A stretch of 63,098 bases of DNA, counting the filler, from Octopus bimaculoides (lineage: Eukaryota), in NCBI RefSeq assembly GCF_001194135.2. It is 7 parts of 5 records of this genome, joined end to end, with 100 filler letters (N's around TTAATTAATTAA, not from the genome) between each part and the next. Parts side by side here need not be neighbours in the genome. Positions count along the whole stretch, not along the records: positions 38,001 to 59,391 come from NC_068993.1; 6 more parts are not named here. One strand, 5' to 3'. The first letter of the stretch is position 1, and each line of letters opens with the position of its first letter. The notes beneath the pieces are model-generated. The model ran no database searches and had not been told where the DNA came from. It was given only the letters and a program-made list of their open reading frames with translations. Shown here piece by piece: positions 39,288 through 48,887 of this stretch. Both the position numbers and the translations under genes were made by a program.

Positions 39288-39663
39288 CAAAAGTAAGCAA
39301 ACGTTGCCCATACAAAAAGTCAACATTTAAAATTCGTATGCGTGTTTTGCGTGAAAATGAACGAGATGTGGAATCCATTGTTGTTGCAGATGGTGTTAAG
39401 AAGGCAATAGTCTATACTTGGGTAGTCGGGGACCAAGCATCACATTTGTATCGTGGAAGTCTTAGTAACGAAGTGAAGAATAATGAGTTAGATATTTAAT
39501 TGTTGAATGAATGCCCTCAATTAATATTGAACAATTTTTGCGATCATTTACATTTACTGCGTGGTTAATATGGTCCCAGAGTGGGTTCGAAAACTATAAA
39601 TAAGTGATTCTGATGGAAGACTGTTTACATCGAAGCCTGTTTTCGTTTAGAAATGCTTTATAA

Positions 39664-39876
39664 TATTTTCTACTCTAGGCACAAGGCTCGAAATTTTGGG
39701 GGAGGGAGTCAGTCGATTACATCGACCCTAGTGCGCAGCTGGTACTTAATTTATTGACCCCGAAAGGATGAAAGGCAAAGTCGACCTCGGCGGAATTTGA
39801 ACTCAGAATGTAAAGACAGACGAAATACTGCTAAGAATTTCGCCCAACGTGCTAACGATTCTACCAGCTCGCCGCC
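39664..39876 (-). mobile_element. SINE family B, full length, with a 17-bp target-site duplication, in intron 4 of the PAN gene
   Basis: TTAGAAATGCTTTATAA is present at both 39647-39663 and 39877-39893. Confidence 0.92.
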
Positions 39877-40179
39877 TTAGAAATGCTTTATAAAACGATT
39901 TAAAATCCCAACAAATTTCCTTTCTCGCTTGTAAAATTAAAATTTCTAGTTTCACGGCCGTCTGTAGCAGACGTAGATCGATCCTCGTAGCTGACTTTGG
40001 TCACTTCTTTCTGTGTAAGGTTTATTTTTTACTTGTATATAAACCATGGTTTATAGCTATAGTTGCCCTCGAGTAACTTCGTACTAGCACTTACGTTCGT
40101 ATTTCTTACGATCTAAAAACATATCTATGTATAATAAAACAATCAGATCTTGCCTAAATGTCTATTTGTCATCAATAGC

Positions 40180-40245
<66 letters not shown>

Positions 40246-40266
40246 GACAAAAGAAAAAAAACTCAC

Positions 40267-40494
40267 GGTTGAGTTCATAATAATTCCATCCTTTGTTTTT
40301 CACTTTAAGTTTGTTAGTCTGGTGTGTGGCAGAAGACAAAGAGCATTTTCGTTTCTGAGAGTTAAATTCGACAGAACGGCATTTTGGATGTTTCTGACAT
40401 TCGCGTTTGCAGTTCCTGAGGTTAGTTCGTTTGAATGTATAAAAACTCTTCTTATTCTTTAAGCGGGCTCCCAGCAATGTATTTATGCCATTTA
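40267..40494 (-). CDS. PAN-PAN-mucin gene, exon 4: PAN/apple domain 2
   Basis: CKRECQKHPKCRSVEFNSQKRKCSL..WNYYE is the C-x3-C-x5-C-x-S-x-x-F...C-x-L PAN pattern. Donor C|GTGAGT at 40266. The most likely acceptor (aaaaag|TA at 40494) gives a 228-nt phase 1-1 exon; the acceptor is less certain. Confidence 0.85.
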
Positions 40495-40697
40495 CTTTTT
40501 GTTTGAAAAACAAAGACAATAAAGAATTAAAGCAAGGATATAATATTATTACTCACTCACTCACTCACACCCCATCACTCATTCACTCGCTCACTGATTG
40601 ACTGACTGACTCACTCACTCACTCACTCACTCACTCAATGAATGAATGAATCAATCAATTAATCAAACAAGCTATCAATTGAATGTTTGTTACTCAC

Positions 40698-40931
40698 AGT
40701 TCTCTAGTTGGTAGAAAGTAGTATCTTTTTCCCTCTGCAGAACTTTGGTAGAAGCATCATCGCGAAAGAGACGACATTGTTTCTTATTTCTTGTGAACTC
40801 AAAAGATCTGCAGTTTCTCATTTTACGACACTTTGAAGCACAGACTTGAGGATTTCTGCCACGCATTGTTTTCAATGGTTGACCATTAATCGAAGCACGT
40901 TTGACCTCTATAAACCAGTCGGTTGGAACTT
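40698..40931 (-). CDS. PAN-PAN-mucin gene, exon 3: PAN/apple domain 1
   Basis: CASKCRKMRNCRSFEFTRNKKQCRLF..FYQ. Acceptor ttgtag|AA at 40931, donor T|GTGAGT at 40697; 234 nt, phase 1-1. Confidence 0.9.
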
Positions 40932-41069
40932 CTACAATATACATAACATACACATGTACATACATACATAGATACAAACGTACATACATACATACATACA
41001 TACATACATACATACATACATACATACAAGTGTGTGTCAGTGGTTAGAGCGTCGGCTCACAATCATGCT

Positions 41070-41245
41070 TGGGCACCGCCTTTTAGTCAAGCAAATCGAC
41101 CCCGGGACTTATTCTTTGTAAGCCTAGGGCTTATCCTATCGGCAACTTTTGCCGAACCGCTAAGTGACGGGGACATAAACACACCGGCATCGGTTGTCAA
41201 TCGATAATGGGGCACAAGCACAGACACACAAACACACACACACAC
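41070..41245 (-). mobile_element. SINE family A 3' half, fused to a short plus-strand family-C head (41036-41067)
   Basis: GCACCGCCTTTTAGTCAAGCAAATCGACCCCGGGACTTATTC.. is the reverse complement of the family A tail, preceded by GTCAGTGGTTAGAGCGTCGGCTCACAATCATG. Confidence 0.75.
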
Positions 41246-41247
41246 AT

Positions 41248-41306
<59 letters not shown>

Positions 41307-41513
41307 CTCTCTCTTTCTCTATATGTAACTGTCGTCAACAGAAAACTTTCGAAGGTATATTTGTTGAAAAACAACAAAACTACCGATAAGACGACATCTT
41401 TTCGTACTGAAGCAGTTAATGACAAAGGATTATACGAGAAGTAAGTACAAAATATCAAACGGGAAAAGAAAAAAAAAAAAGAAACATTAAAACGAAAATG
41501 AAAAGAAACTCAC

Positions 41514-41555
41514 CCCTATCTTCGGTCATATGTGTATGGACATATTCGGCGGCAA
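41514..41555 (-). CDS. PAN-PAN-mucin gene, exon 2 (42-nt micro-exon completing the signal peptide)
   Basis: Strong acceptor gttttatcttcgttttctgccctag| and donor G|GTGAGT. Phase 1-1, reading (V)[13 protein letters not shown](E), joins exon 1 and exon 3 in frame. Confidence 0.75.
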
Positions 41556-41605
41556 CTAGGGCAGAAAACGAAGATAAAACTTTAAAACAAAGAAACAGAA
41601 AGGGC

Positions 41606-41667
<62 letters not shown>

Positions 41668-41698
41668 GTCTGTCTGTCTGTCTGTCAGTCTGTCTGTA

Positions 41699-41729
<31 letters not shown>

Positions 41730-42861
41730 ATGTACTGATTTACCTACGTCATTACTCGGAATTTCATATCTGGATTCTTGCAGAATCTGTTAGATAAGTA
41801 ACGAACTGTTAGATAAGTATTTCACTTGCAATGAACCGCTGCACATTTATTAATTGAAAAATTCGACAACATCTCTGACAGCTGTTTCGATTCCAGACCT
41901 TTATAAATTAATTACCATAATTAAAACTATTTAAAAGTCGAATATCATCAGAGTTGGCTAAAGATATACAAAAACAGAAAAATGGGGAAGAAGTGTAAAA
42001 AAATAAGCAATAAGAATGTAAAGTAAAGGTGTAAATATGTTCATGGCGAGCGCGTATGCGCGCATGTCCATACATACACATGCGCGCACGCACACCCACA
42101 TATACGTACCTGTGTGCATATGCTCGTCCACACTCGCTTGAAACACACACATGCGCACCCACACATTCGCCAAAAGTAATTCATACATACACGCTCAAGC
42201 GCTCGCGCGCACACACACACGAAAAGGTTCATATACACGTCTATATACGCATATACTCGCATGCACGCACGCACATTTCTGTTTTTTGCCTTTAGCCCTG
42301 ATAATATATAGATATCCTGATAACATATAGATAATATATAGATAATATATAGATACATAAGTGTGTGAGTTTAGTTGTGTTTGAGTGTGTGTGTATGTGT
42401 ATGTGTGTGTGTGTATGTGTTTCTAGATGTTAGTATAACTGTGTAAAATGGGGAAAATTATAAAATTCTTCGACAACTGCATCTAAATATACATAAATTC
42501 TATTGCGATCACATAACAAAAGGAAAGAGCGAGAGGCAGATATCGCTGTTTGCGGTAACACCCTGAGAAAGATTAGACCTGATGTCAGGCATCGTAGTAT
42601 TTCAGAGTTCAACGTCAGGAAACACGAGAATTATTAAGTGCAGGCATACTTATGGACGGATGGTGTAGTTGCTTACTTATGATGTGGTGAAAATTGTATG
42701 ATTCTAAATATATTAACGATGTTTGTTGTTTAAGAAAAAAGACCGATTTAACATGTAGGAGAGGTGGCGCTGGCGGTGGTTGTGGTAGTTGTGTATTATT
42801 GCAAAACTAAAATGAATGTGTTATTAAAGATAATAGTTCTCCTTTTCCCTACCAAATATGC

Positions 42862-43159
42862 AACACGAGCACTCCACAGACACGTGTACCCTTAACATAG
42901 TTCTCAGGGATATTCAGCGTGACACAGTGTGACAAGGCTGACCCTTTGAATTACAGGCACAACAGAAATAGGAAGTAAGAGTAAGAGAAAGTTGTGGTGA
43001 AAGAGTAGAGCAGGGTTCGCCACCATCCCCTGCCGGAGCCTCGTGGAGCTTTTTAGGTGTTTTCGCTCAATAAACACTCACAACGCCCCGGTCTGGGAAT
43101 CGAAACCGCGATCCTATGGCCGCGAGTCCGCTGCCCTAACCACTGGGCCATTGCGCCTC

Positions 43160-43160
<1 letters not shown>
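42862..43160 (-). mobile_element. tRNA-derived SINE (family D head with family C tail) in intron 1 of the PAN gene
   Basis: Reverse complement GAGGCGCAATGGCCCAGTGGTTAGGGCAGCGGACTCGCGGCC..GGTTTCGATTCCC. The tail is shared with 61743-61958. Confidence 0.85.
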
Positions 43161-43200
<40 letters not shown>

Positions 43201-43395
43201 AATAATAATAATAATAATGATGATGATGATAATGATGATGATGATTACGATGATAGTAACAACAATAATGACAATAATAGTGATGAGGATTATGATAAGA
43301 ATTAGGCGGAGGAAGATGAAAAGGGCAATGATGATGATGATGATGATGATAGCGATGACGATGATGGTGATGAAGATGATGATGATGATGATAAT
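43160..43395. repeat. Compound (CAA)/(TAA)/(GAT)n microsatellite; (CAT)n also at 43640-43800
   Basis: Seen directly; these flank exon 1 on both sides. Confidence 0.9.
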
Positions 43396-43413
43396 CACGA
43401 TGTCAGAGCTCAC

Positions 43414-43450
43414 CGACGAAGGTAAGAGTCGCGAGGATTTGCTTCAACAT
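43414..43450 (-). CDS. PAN-PAN-mucin gene, exon 1 coding part (MLKQILATLTFV, start of signal peptide)
   Basis: aagATG with A at -3, a basic residue then a hydrophobic stretch, and phase-1 donor G|GTGAGC at 43413. A TATA box lies about 50 nt upstream. Confidence 0.72.
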
Positions 43451-43467
43451 CTTGGCAAGCAGGACCT

Positions 43468-43508
43468 AAAATGGCGACGAATCTACATCTTGGCGCTCTG
43501 TTTATATA
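43468..43508 (-). promoter_or_regulatory. Core promoter of the PAN gene: TATA box (TATATAAA, 43508-43501) and a YY1-like CGCCATTTT near the expected TSS
   Basis: Motifs are seen directly, with TATA-to-TSS spacing of about 25-30 nt. Function is inferred from position relative to exon 1. Confidence 0.6.
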
Positions 43509-43720
43509 GAGTCACCTTTGGCAAAAGGATCTGTTTGTTCCCACGATTCTACCCCCACCCCGCCATCCTCCACCCATTTGCCGTGAAAAGAAGGTAGAGA
43601 TCCTCTTCATTCACTACCACTAAGAACACCACCGTGTCAATCATCATCATCATCGTCGTCGCCGCCGTCGTCGTCATCATCATCATCATCATCATCATCA
43701 TCACCACCATTATCACCATC

Positions 43721-43778
<58 letters not shown>

Positions 43779-43848
43779 CCGCCACTACAGCTATCATCAT
43801 TATCTTCCTCAAATGTTAATAGANNNNNNNNNNCCGCCTTAAAAAAAC

Positions 43849-43889
<41 letters not shown>

Positions 43890-44377
43890 TAAAAATGATG
43901 ATGATGATGATGATGATGATGATAATGATGATGATGATGATGGTTTCTTTAGTTTACCACAGGGGCATGGATGAAGGGAACAGCCCAAGGACGGTTTACC
44001 ATTTATGAAGAAAACACATGTCGATAATATTTAGTTGTTACCGTGTTTTAGTTCAAATAAAGTTAATCTAGGATTATGAAATAGGTGTCCATAAATATCT
44101 TCAAATATTTTCTAGACTTGCTATTCTTTATCTAAGCCACTGTAAATAGATACATACACGTGCATACACGCATACACACATGCGTACATAAATACATGCA
44201 GACATACAGATATAAATACATACATACACACACGCACACCCATATCATTTGATGTACAAAGTATAAAGATATCAACTATAAATAGTTTCTTGCTTTGGAG
44301 ACGCGGACCTTTGCCTTATGTCTTTAAGCAATTTCTAGGTTCAGGGCACATTATAAAAATCTGACCAGATATATATA

Positions 44378-44543
44378 GGCATAGGAGTGGCTGTGTGGTA
44401 AGTAGCTTGCTTACGAATCACATGGTTCTGGGTTCAGTCCTACTGCGTAGCACCTTGGGCAAGTGTCTTCTACTATAGCCTCGGGCCGAGCAAAACCTTG
44501 TGAGTGGATTTGGTAGACGGAAGCCGAAAAAAGAAGCCCGTCG

Positions 44544-44545
<2 letters not shown>
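44378..44545 (+). mobile_element. SINE family A 5' half
   Basis: High similarity to the 2233 copy; it ends in (TA)n. Confidence 0.85.
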
Positions 44546-44575
<30 letters not shown>

Positions 44576-45364
44576 GTAGGTAAGTAGAGTTCGAATAACC
44601 GTCTAANNNNNNNNNNNNNNNNNNNNNNNNNNNNNNNNNNNNNNNNNNNNNNNNNNNNNNNNNNNNNNNNNNNNNNNNNNNNNNNNNNNNNNNNNNNNNN
44701 NNNNNNNNNNNNNNNNNNNNNNNNNNNNNNNNNNNNNNNNNNNNNNNNNNNNNNNNNNNNNNNNNNNNNNNNNNNNNNNNNNNNNNNNNNNNNNNNNNNN
44801 NNNNNNNNNNNNNNNNNNNNNNNNNNNNNNNNNNNNNNNNNNNNNNNNNNNNNNNNNNNNNNNNNNNNNNNNNNNNNNNNNNNNNNNNNNNNNNNTATAT
44901 ACAATTGCAGCGTGGAAGGTGTTTATAAGCCATTTAAAATAATACACAAAAACCGTTAGATTGACTTCAACATTTAAATTTGATTTGTCAAAATAATTTC
45001 GTCGCTTAGAGACGCGACCTGTTCACTGACAAAATTCTGTGCTGCATACTTTTCATAAGGAAGGCGGCCTTTTTTTTTTTGTAGAAACCAAATTAGTCAT
45101 TTGGGATGTTATTTCTTAGCTTTCACGGACAGTAAAAACTCCGATATGAACGATATAAGTTATAAACTGGTATAGAATTTCCAAAGTAATATATTGTTTG
45201 GGACTATAAAAAATATTTAAAAAAAAAACGAAAACTGAGTGAACATTAAATAAAAATAGCATAAAAAGTATTTTGATCTAAGCCGATCAGTTACGGCTGC
45301 TTTCTGGCGTTAATAACCTCCGGTGTAAGGTCTTAAACATGCTGGGAATTAGGATGATATATTA

Positions 45365-45500
45365 GTTTTAAATTTTTGGTACAAGGCCAGCAATTTCGGG
45401 GGAGGGGATAAGTCAATTTCATCGACCCTATTGCTCAAATGATTCTTATTTTATCATCTCCGAAATGATAAAAGGTAAAGTCGACCTCGGCAGAATTTGA
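45365..45500 (-). mobile_element. SINE family B, 5'-truncated
   Basis: Homologous to 39664-39876. Confidence 0.7.
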
Positions 45501-45539
45501 CTTGTGGAACAGTAAAAAATTCGATCTGCAATACCTATC

Positions 45540-45790
45540 CCATTGATAAGTACCCCTGTACAGAGTACAATTGTGTTGTATGTAGGATGAACCAACGGGT
45601 TAACTGCAAGGTTAGGAATGTAATGTATATCTTACGATGTACTGAGGGATGGTGCAGAAACATGACAACTACCCTCATTGGAGAGACTGCACGCAACATA
45701 GGAGAGCGTATAGGTGAATATTGGCGAGAGCTCAAAGAAGGAAAAGCTCGTCAGTGCTCTACCAACACACACACACAGAGGAATACAGGA
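45540..45790 (+). mobile_element. Penelope-like element GIY-YIG endonuclease remnant
   Basis: CVVCRMNQRVNCKVRNVMYILRCTEGWCRNMTTTLIGETARNIGERIGEY is a Cys linker plus the 'V+Y.+.C..C...YIGET.R.+..R..EH' GIY-YIG pattern. Confidence 0.8.
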
Positions 45791-46052
45791 ACTGTACCAT
45801 ATTTTCGTGTCTAAGGACAGCAGCAGCACAATGGAATGAATGGATGGGGCTGCTGCTAAAAACTATGACACACACACACACACTCACACACACACGCACT
45901 GCTGCTAAAAATTATGACACACACACACACACACACATACAAACACACACATACACACACAAGGACACAAACGCATGTGCACATAAGGATACACACTTTA
46001 GAAGAACAGAATGAAGTAAGTGGAGTAAGAACATACACGAAAACGAAAAGCG

Positions 46053-46092
46053 CCGCTGAAGAGGTCACAGATGTGCGACGAAAAATTTCTGG
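46053..46092 (+). ncRNA. Minimal type I hammerhead ribozyme-like motif downstream of the Penelope GIY-YIG remnant
   Basis: CCG-CTGAAGA-GGTCACAGATGTGCGAC-GAAA-AATTTC-TGG: intact CUGANGA and GAAA boxes, imperfect stem II, palindromic AAATTT helix III, UUC cleavage triplet and a short stem I. Confidence 0.55.
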
Positions 46093-46543
46093 ACAATAGA
46101 CATGAGTTTAAATAATAAAATAAGAACAGTAATAAACGAGTGAAGGAAAAATATATAGTACGTGTGTTTATTTGGCAAAAAAATGACCGTCCCAAAATAC
46201 AACAATATATATATACACATATATATNNNNNNNNNNNNNNNNNNNNNNNNNNNNNNNNNNNNNNNNNNNNNNNNNNNNNNNNNNNNNNNNNNNNNNNNNN
46301 NNNNNNNNNNNNNNNNNNNNNNNNNNNNNNNNNNNNNNNNNNNNNNNNNNNNNNNNNNNNNNNNNNNNNNNNNNNNNNNNNNNNNNNNNNNNNNNNNNNN
46401 NNNNNNNNNNNNNNNNNNNNNNNNNNNNNNNNNNNNNNNNNNNNNNNNNNNNNNNNNNNNNNNNNNNNNNNNNNNNNNNNNNNNNNNNNNNNNNNNNNNN
46501 NNNNNNNNNNNNNNNNNNNNNNNNNNNNNNNNNNNNNNNNCTC

Positions 46544-46602
<59 letters not shown>

Positions 46603-46700
46603 CAGTCAAGTACTGGGTCGATGCGATCACTTAGTCTCTGGTCTCTCCTAAAATTGTTGGCCTTCTGCCAGAATGAGAAAACACAAATCTATCTATCTAT

Positions 46701-46750
<50 letters not shown>

Positions 46751-46780
46751 AATCTATCTATCTATATATTTGTGTATATA

Positions 46781-46950
46781 GTAACCCCTCGCACTATCGC
46801 GGTCACCTATCGCGGTTTATTATTTAAGCTTACGTCGATTATTCCGTGGTGTTGTTTTGCATTTATAATAAAACAAATATATACAAATTATAAAAATGAT
46901 TAAAAAAATGTACAGTACAGTACTGTTTCTACTTCGCGGATTTTCAGTGC
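46781..46950. mobile_element. pogo/Tigger-like MITE fragment
   Basis: TA-TAGTAACCCCTCGCACTATCGCGGTCACCTATCGCGG and TACAGTACTGTTTCTACTTCGCGGATTTTC resemble Tigger-type CAGT-initiated TIR sequences (from recall). Confidence 0.4.
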
Positions 46951-47024
46951 AATCATAGGATGAATTTGATCAGATAAAATGCTTAAATAGTCTTGACTGT
47001 TAATTCTGCTATGAAGGAAAACCA

Positions 47025-47290
47025 TTAGGCTGGCGGATTTCCAAGATACAGCTTCCCCCAGATCATCACAGATTCTCCTCCATATTTAACAGCTGGAAGA
47101 AGGTAGTCTGGGTCAAATGCTTCTTTTGGCTGTCCCCACCCGTATATTCGGCCAGTGGTCGGAAATAAGGTAAAGGATGACTCATCCGAGAAAATAACAT
47201 TCTTCCACTGCTCTAGGGACCAACTCGGTAGGTTTTTACTCCACTCTAAACGCTTTGCAACACACACACATCCGGTTACATTTTTATCAG
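47025..47290 (-). mobile_element. Tc1-type transposase fragment (first catalytic D region)
   Basis: KRLEWSKNLPSWSLEQWKNVIFSDESSFTLFPTTGRIYGWGQPKEAFDPDYLLPAVKYGGESVMIWG contains the Tc1 'W..V+FSDES.F' and 'K+GG.SVM+WG' motifs. Confidence 0.88.
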
Positions 47291-47329
47291 AAGACATATA
47301 ATCATTGAGAGGAATTAAGAGATCCGGTA

Positions 47330-47905
47330 GTTGTTGGCAGCATTGGATCCACTGCATGCGATGGATGAAGTGTTGTATGTATCTTTCCAATTCCATAGGG
47401 TCGCACATGCGAAACACATTCCTCATCATTCTCTAATTTTTTACAGGTGTCCAAAAACAGTTGTGCGAGATGTTTGGAGTTCTGATGAAAGTTTTTAAAC
47501 CTTTGTTCTCGGATTTTGTTCAACCAAAGCTTTTTATCCACCATGCCGAATAACTGATTTTAGCCTGCTCCTTGGTTTATTTTGAAGGCTATCATCTCTT
47601 GAAAGAGAGCTTTGGAATCATCCCTGAACAGTTCTGATGTCAACAAAACCATTACCAAAGGACCGCTTGATATTCCGTAGAGCTACTGCGGCAGAGTGAC
47701 TCAGTTTGTACTCTTACGAGAAAATCACTCAACATAGTTCGCTTGTTGTCATTTTCATAAGGTCTGTGGGTACGAATTTTGTCTACCAATATTGTTGGGA
47801 AAGAAAAAGAGTCAAGATTAAATGCAAAGTATACATAATTGAGTTTTTAAATGACTGAAATTACAAGTAATTTAGAATGCAACATTTCATGAGAAAAAAA
47901 CCTAA
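47330..47905 (-). mobile_element. mariner-type 5' half (TIR-like TA|TTAGGTT plus HTH N-terminus), degenerate
   Basis: Reverse complement about 47750-47560 reads EYKLSHSAAVALRNIKRSFGNGFVDIRTVQG*FQ..DDSLQNKPRSR, resembling the mariner N-terminus 'EFKLGHSA.EA.RNI..AFG...V..RTVQRWF..F'. Confidence 0.6.
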
Positions 47906-47919
47906 TATATATATATATG

Positions 47920-47980
<61 letters not shown>

Positions 47981-48109
47981 ATTTCGATCTAGATAAATAT
48001 TTTGGGTAGAGGAATGCCCTGTATTTTAACAGAACAAACACAGGAATGGAAATAATCATGGTTAACATTATATATTTGAGTATAGTACTAAGTATAATTA
48101 GTTGATATT

Positions 48110-48143
48110 AATTATAAATAATAATAACAACAACAACAACAAC

Positions 48144-48175
<32 letters not shown>

Positions 48176-48216
48176 CAACAACAACAACAATAATAATAAT
48201 AACAATAATAATAACG

Positions 48217-48278
<62 letters not shown>

Positions 48279-48279
48279 C

Positions 48280-48373
<94 letters not shown>

Positions 48374-48375
48374 AT
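48110..48375. repeat. Compound (AAT/AAC)-(ATT)-(AGT)n microsatellite
   Basis: Seen directly. Confidence 0.95.
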
Positions 48376-48846
48376 ATTACAGCAAGTATCAATTTAAAAT
48401 TCCTACCGAAAATAATTAAAATTTCATACGCTTATTGCACTCGTTAAGAGAGAAGAGAAATATGAAACACATGTTTGTTATTTAGAGGTATTTCATTGGA
48501 AATTGCTTAGCTTTTCAGCCATTTTATTTTGTAGGTCTCTAGCAAAGCGCTGCATCGTTTTATGGCGATGATCACGCTCGATTTTTAATAGGCAAACACG
48601 TTCTTTCTGTTTCTCTTCTCTTCTTCATTAGACGACTATTTTTATTAACCCTTATCTTTTCTTACCGTTTTTGTTTTATTTGTTCCAGTCATTACACTGC
48701 AGTCATATTGGAGCACCATCTGGAAGAATTTTAGAGGAACGAATCGACCTAATTTCTTATTCATTCTATCGGGGACGTAACCATAATACGTATTTACATA
48801 CATGCATACATACATACATACAGACAGACAGACAGACAGGCATATG

Positions 48847-48887
<41 letters not shown>

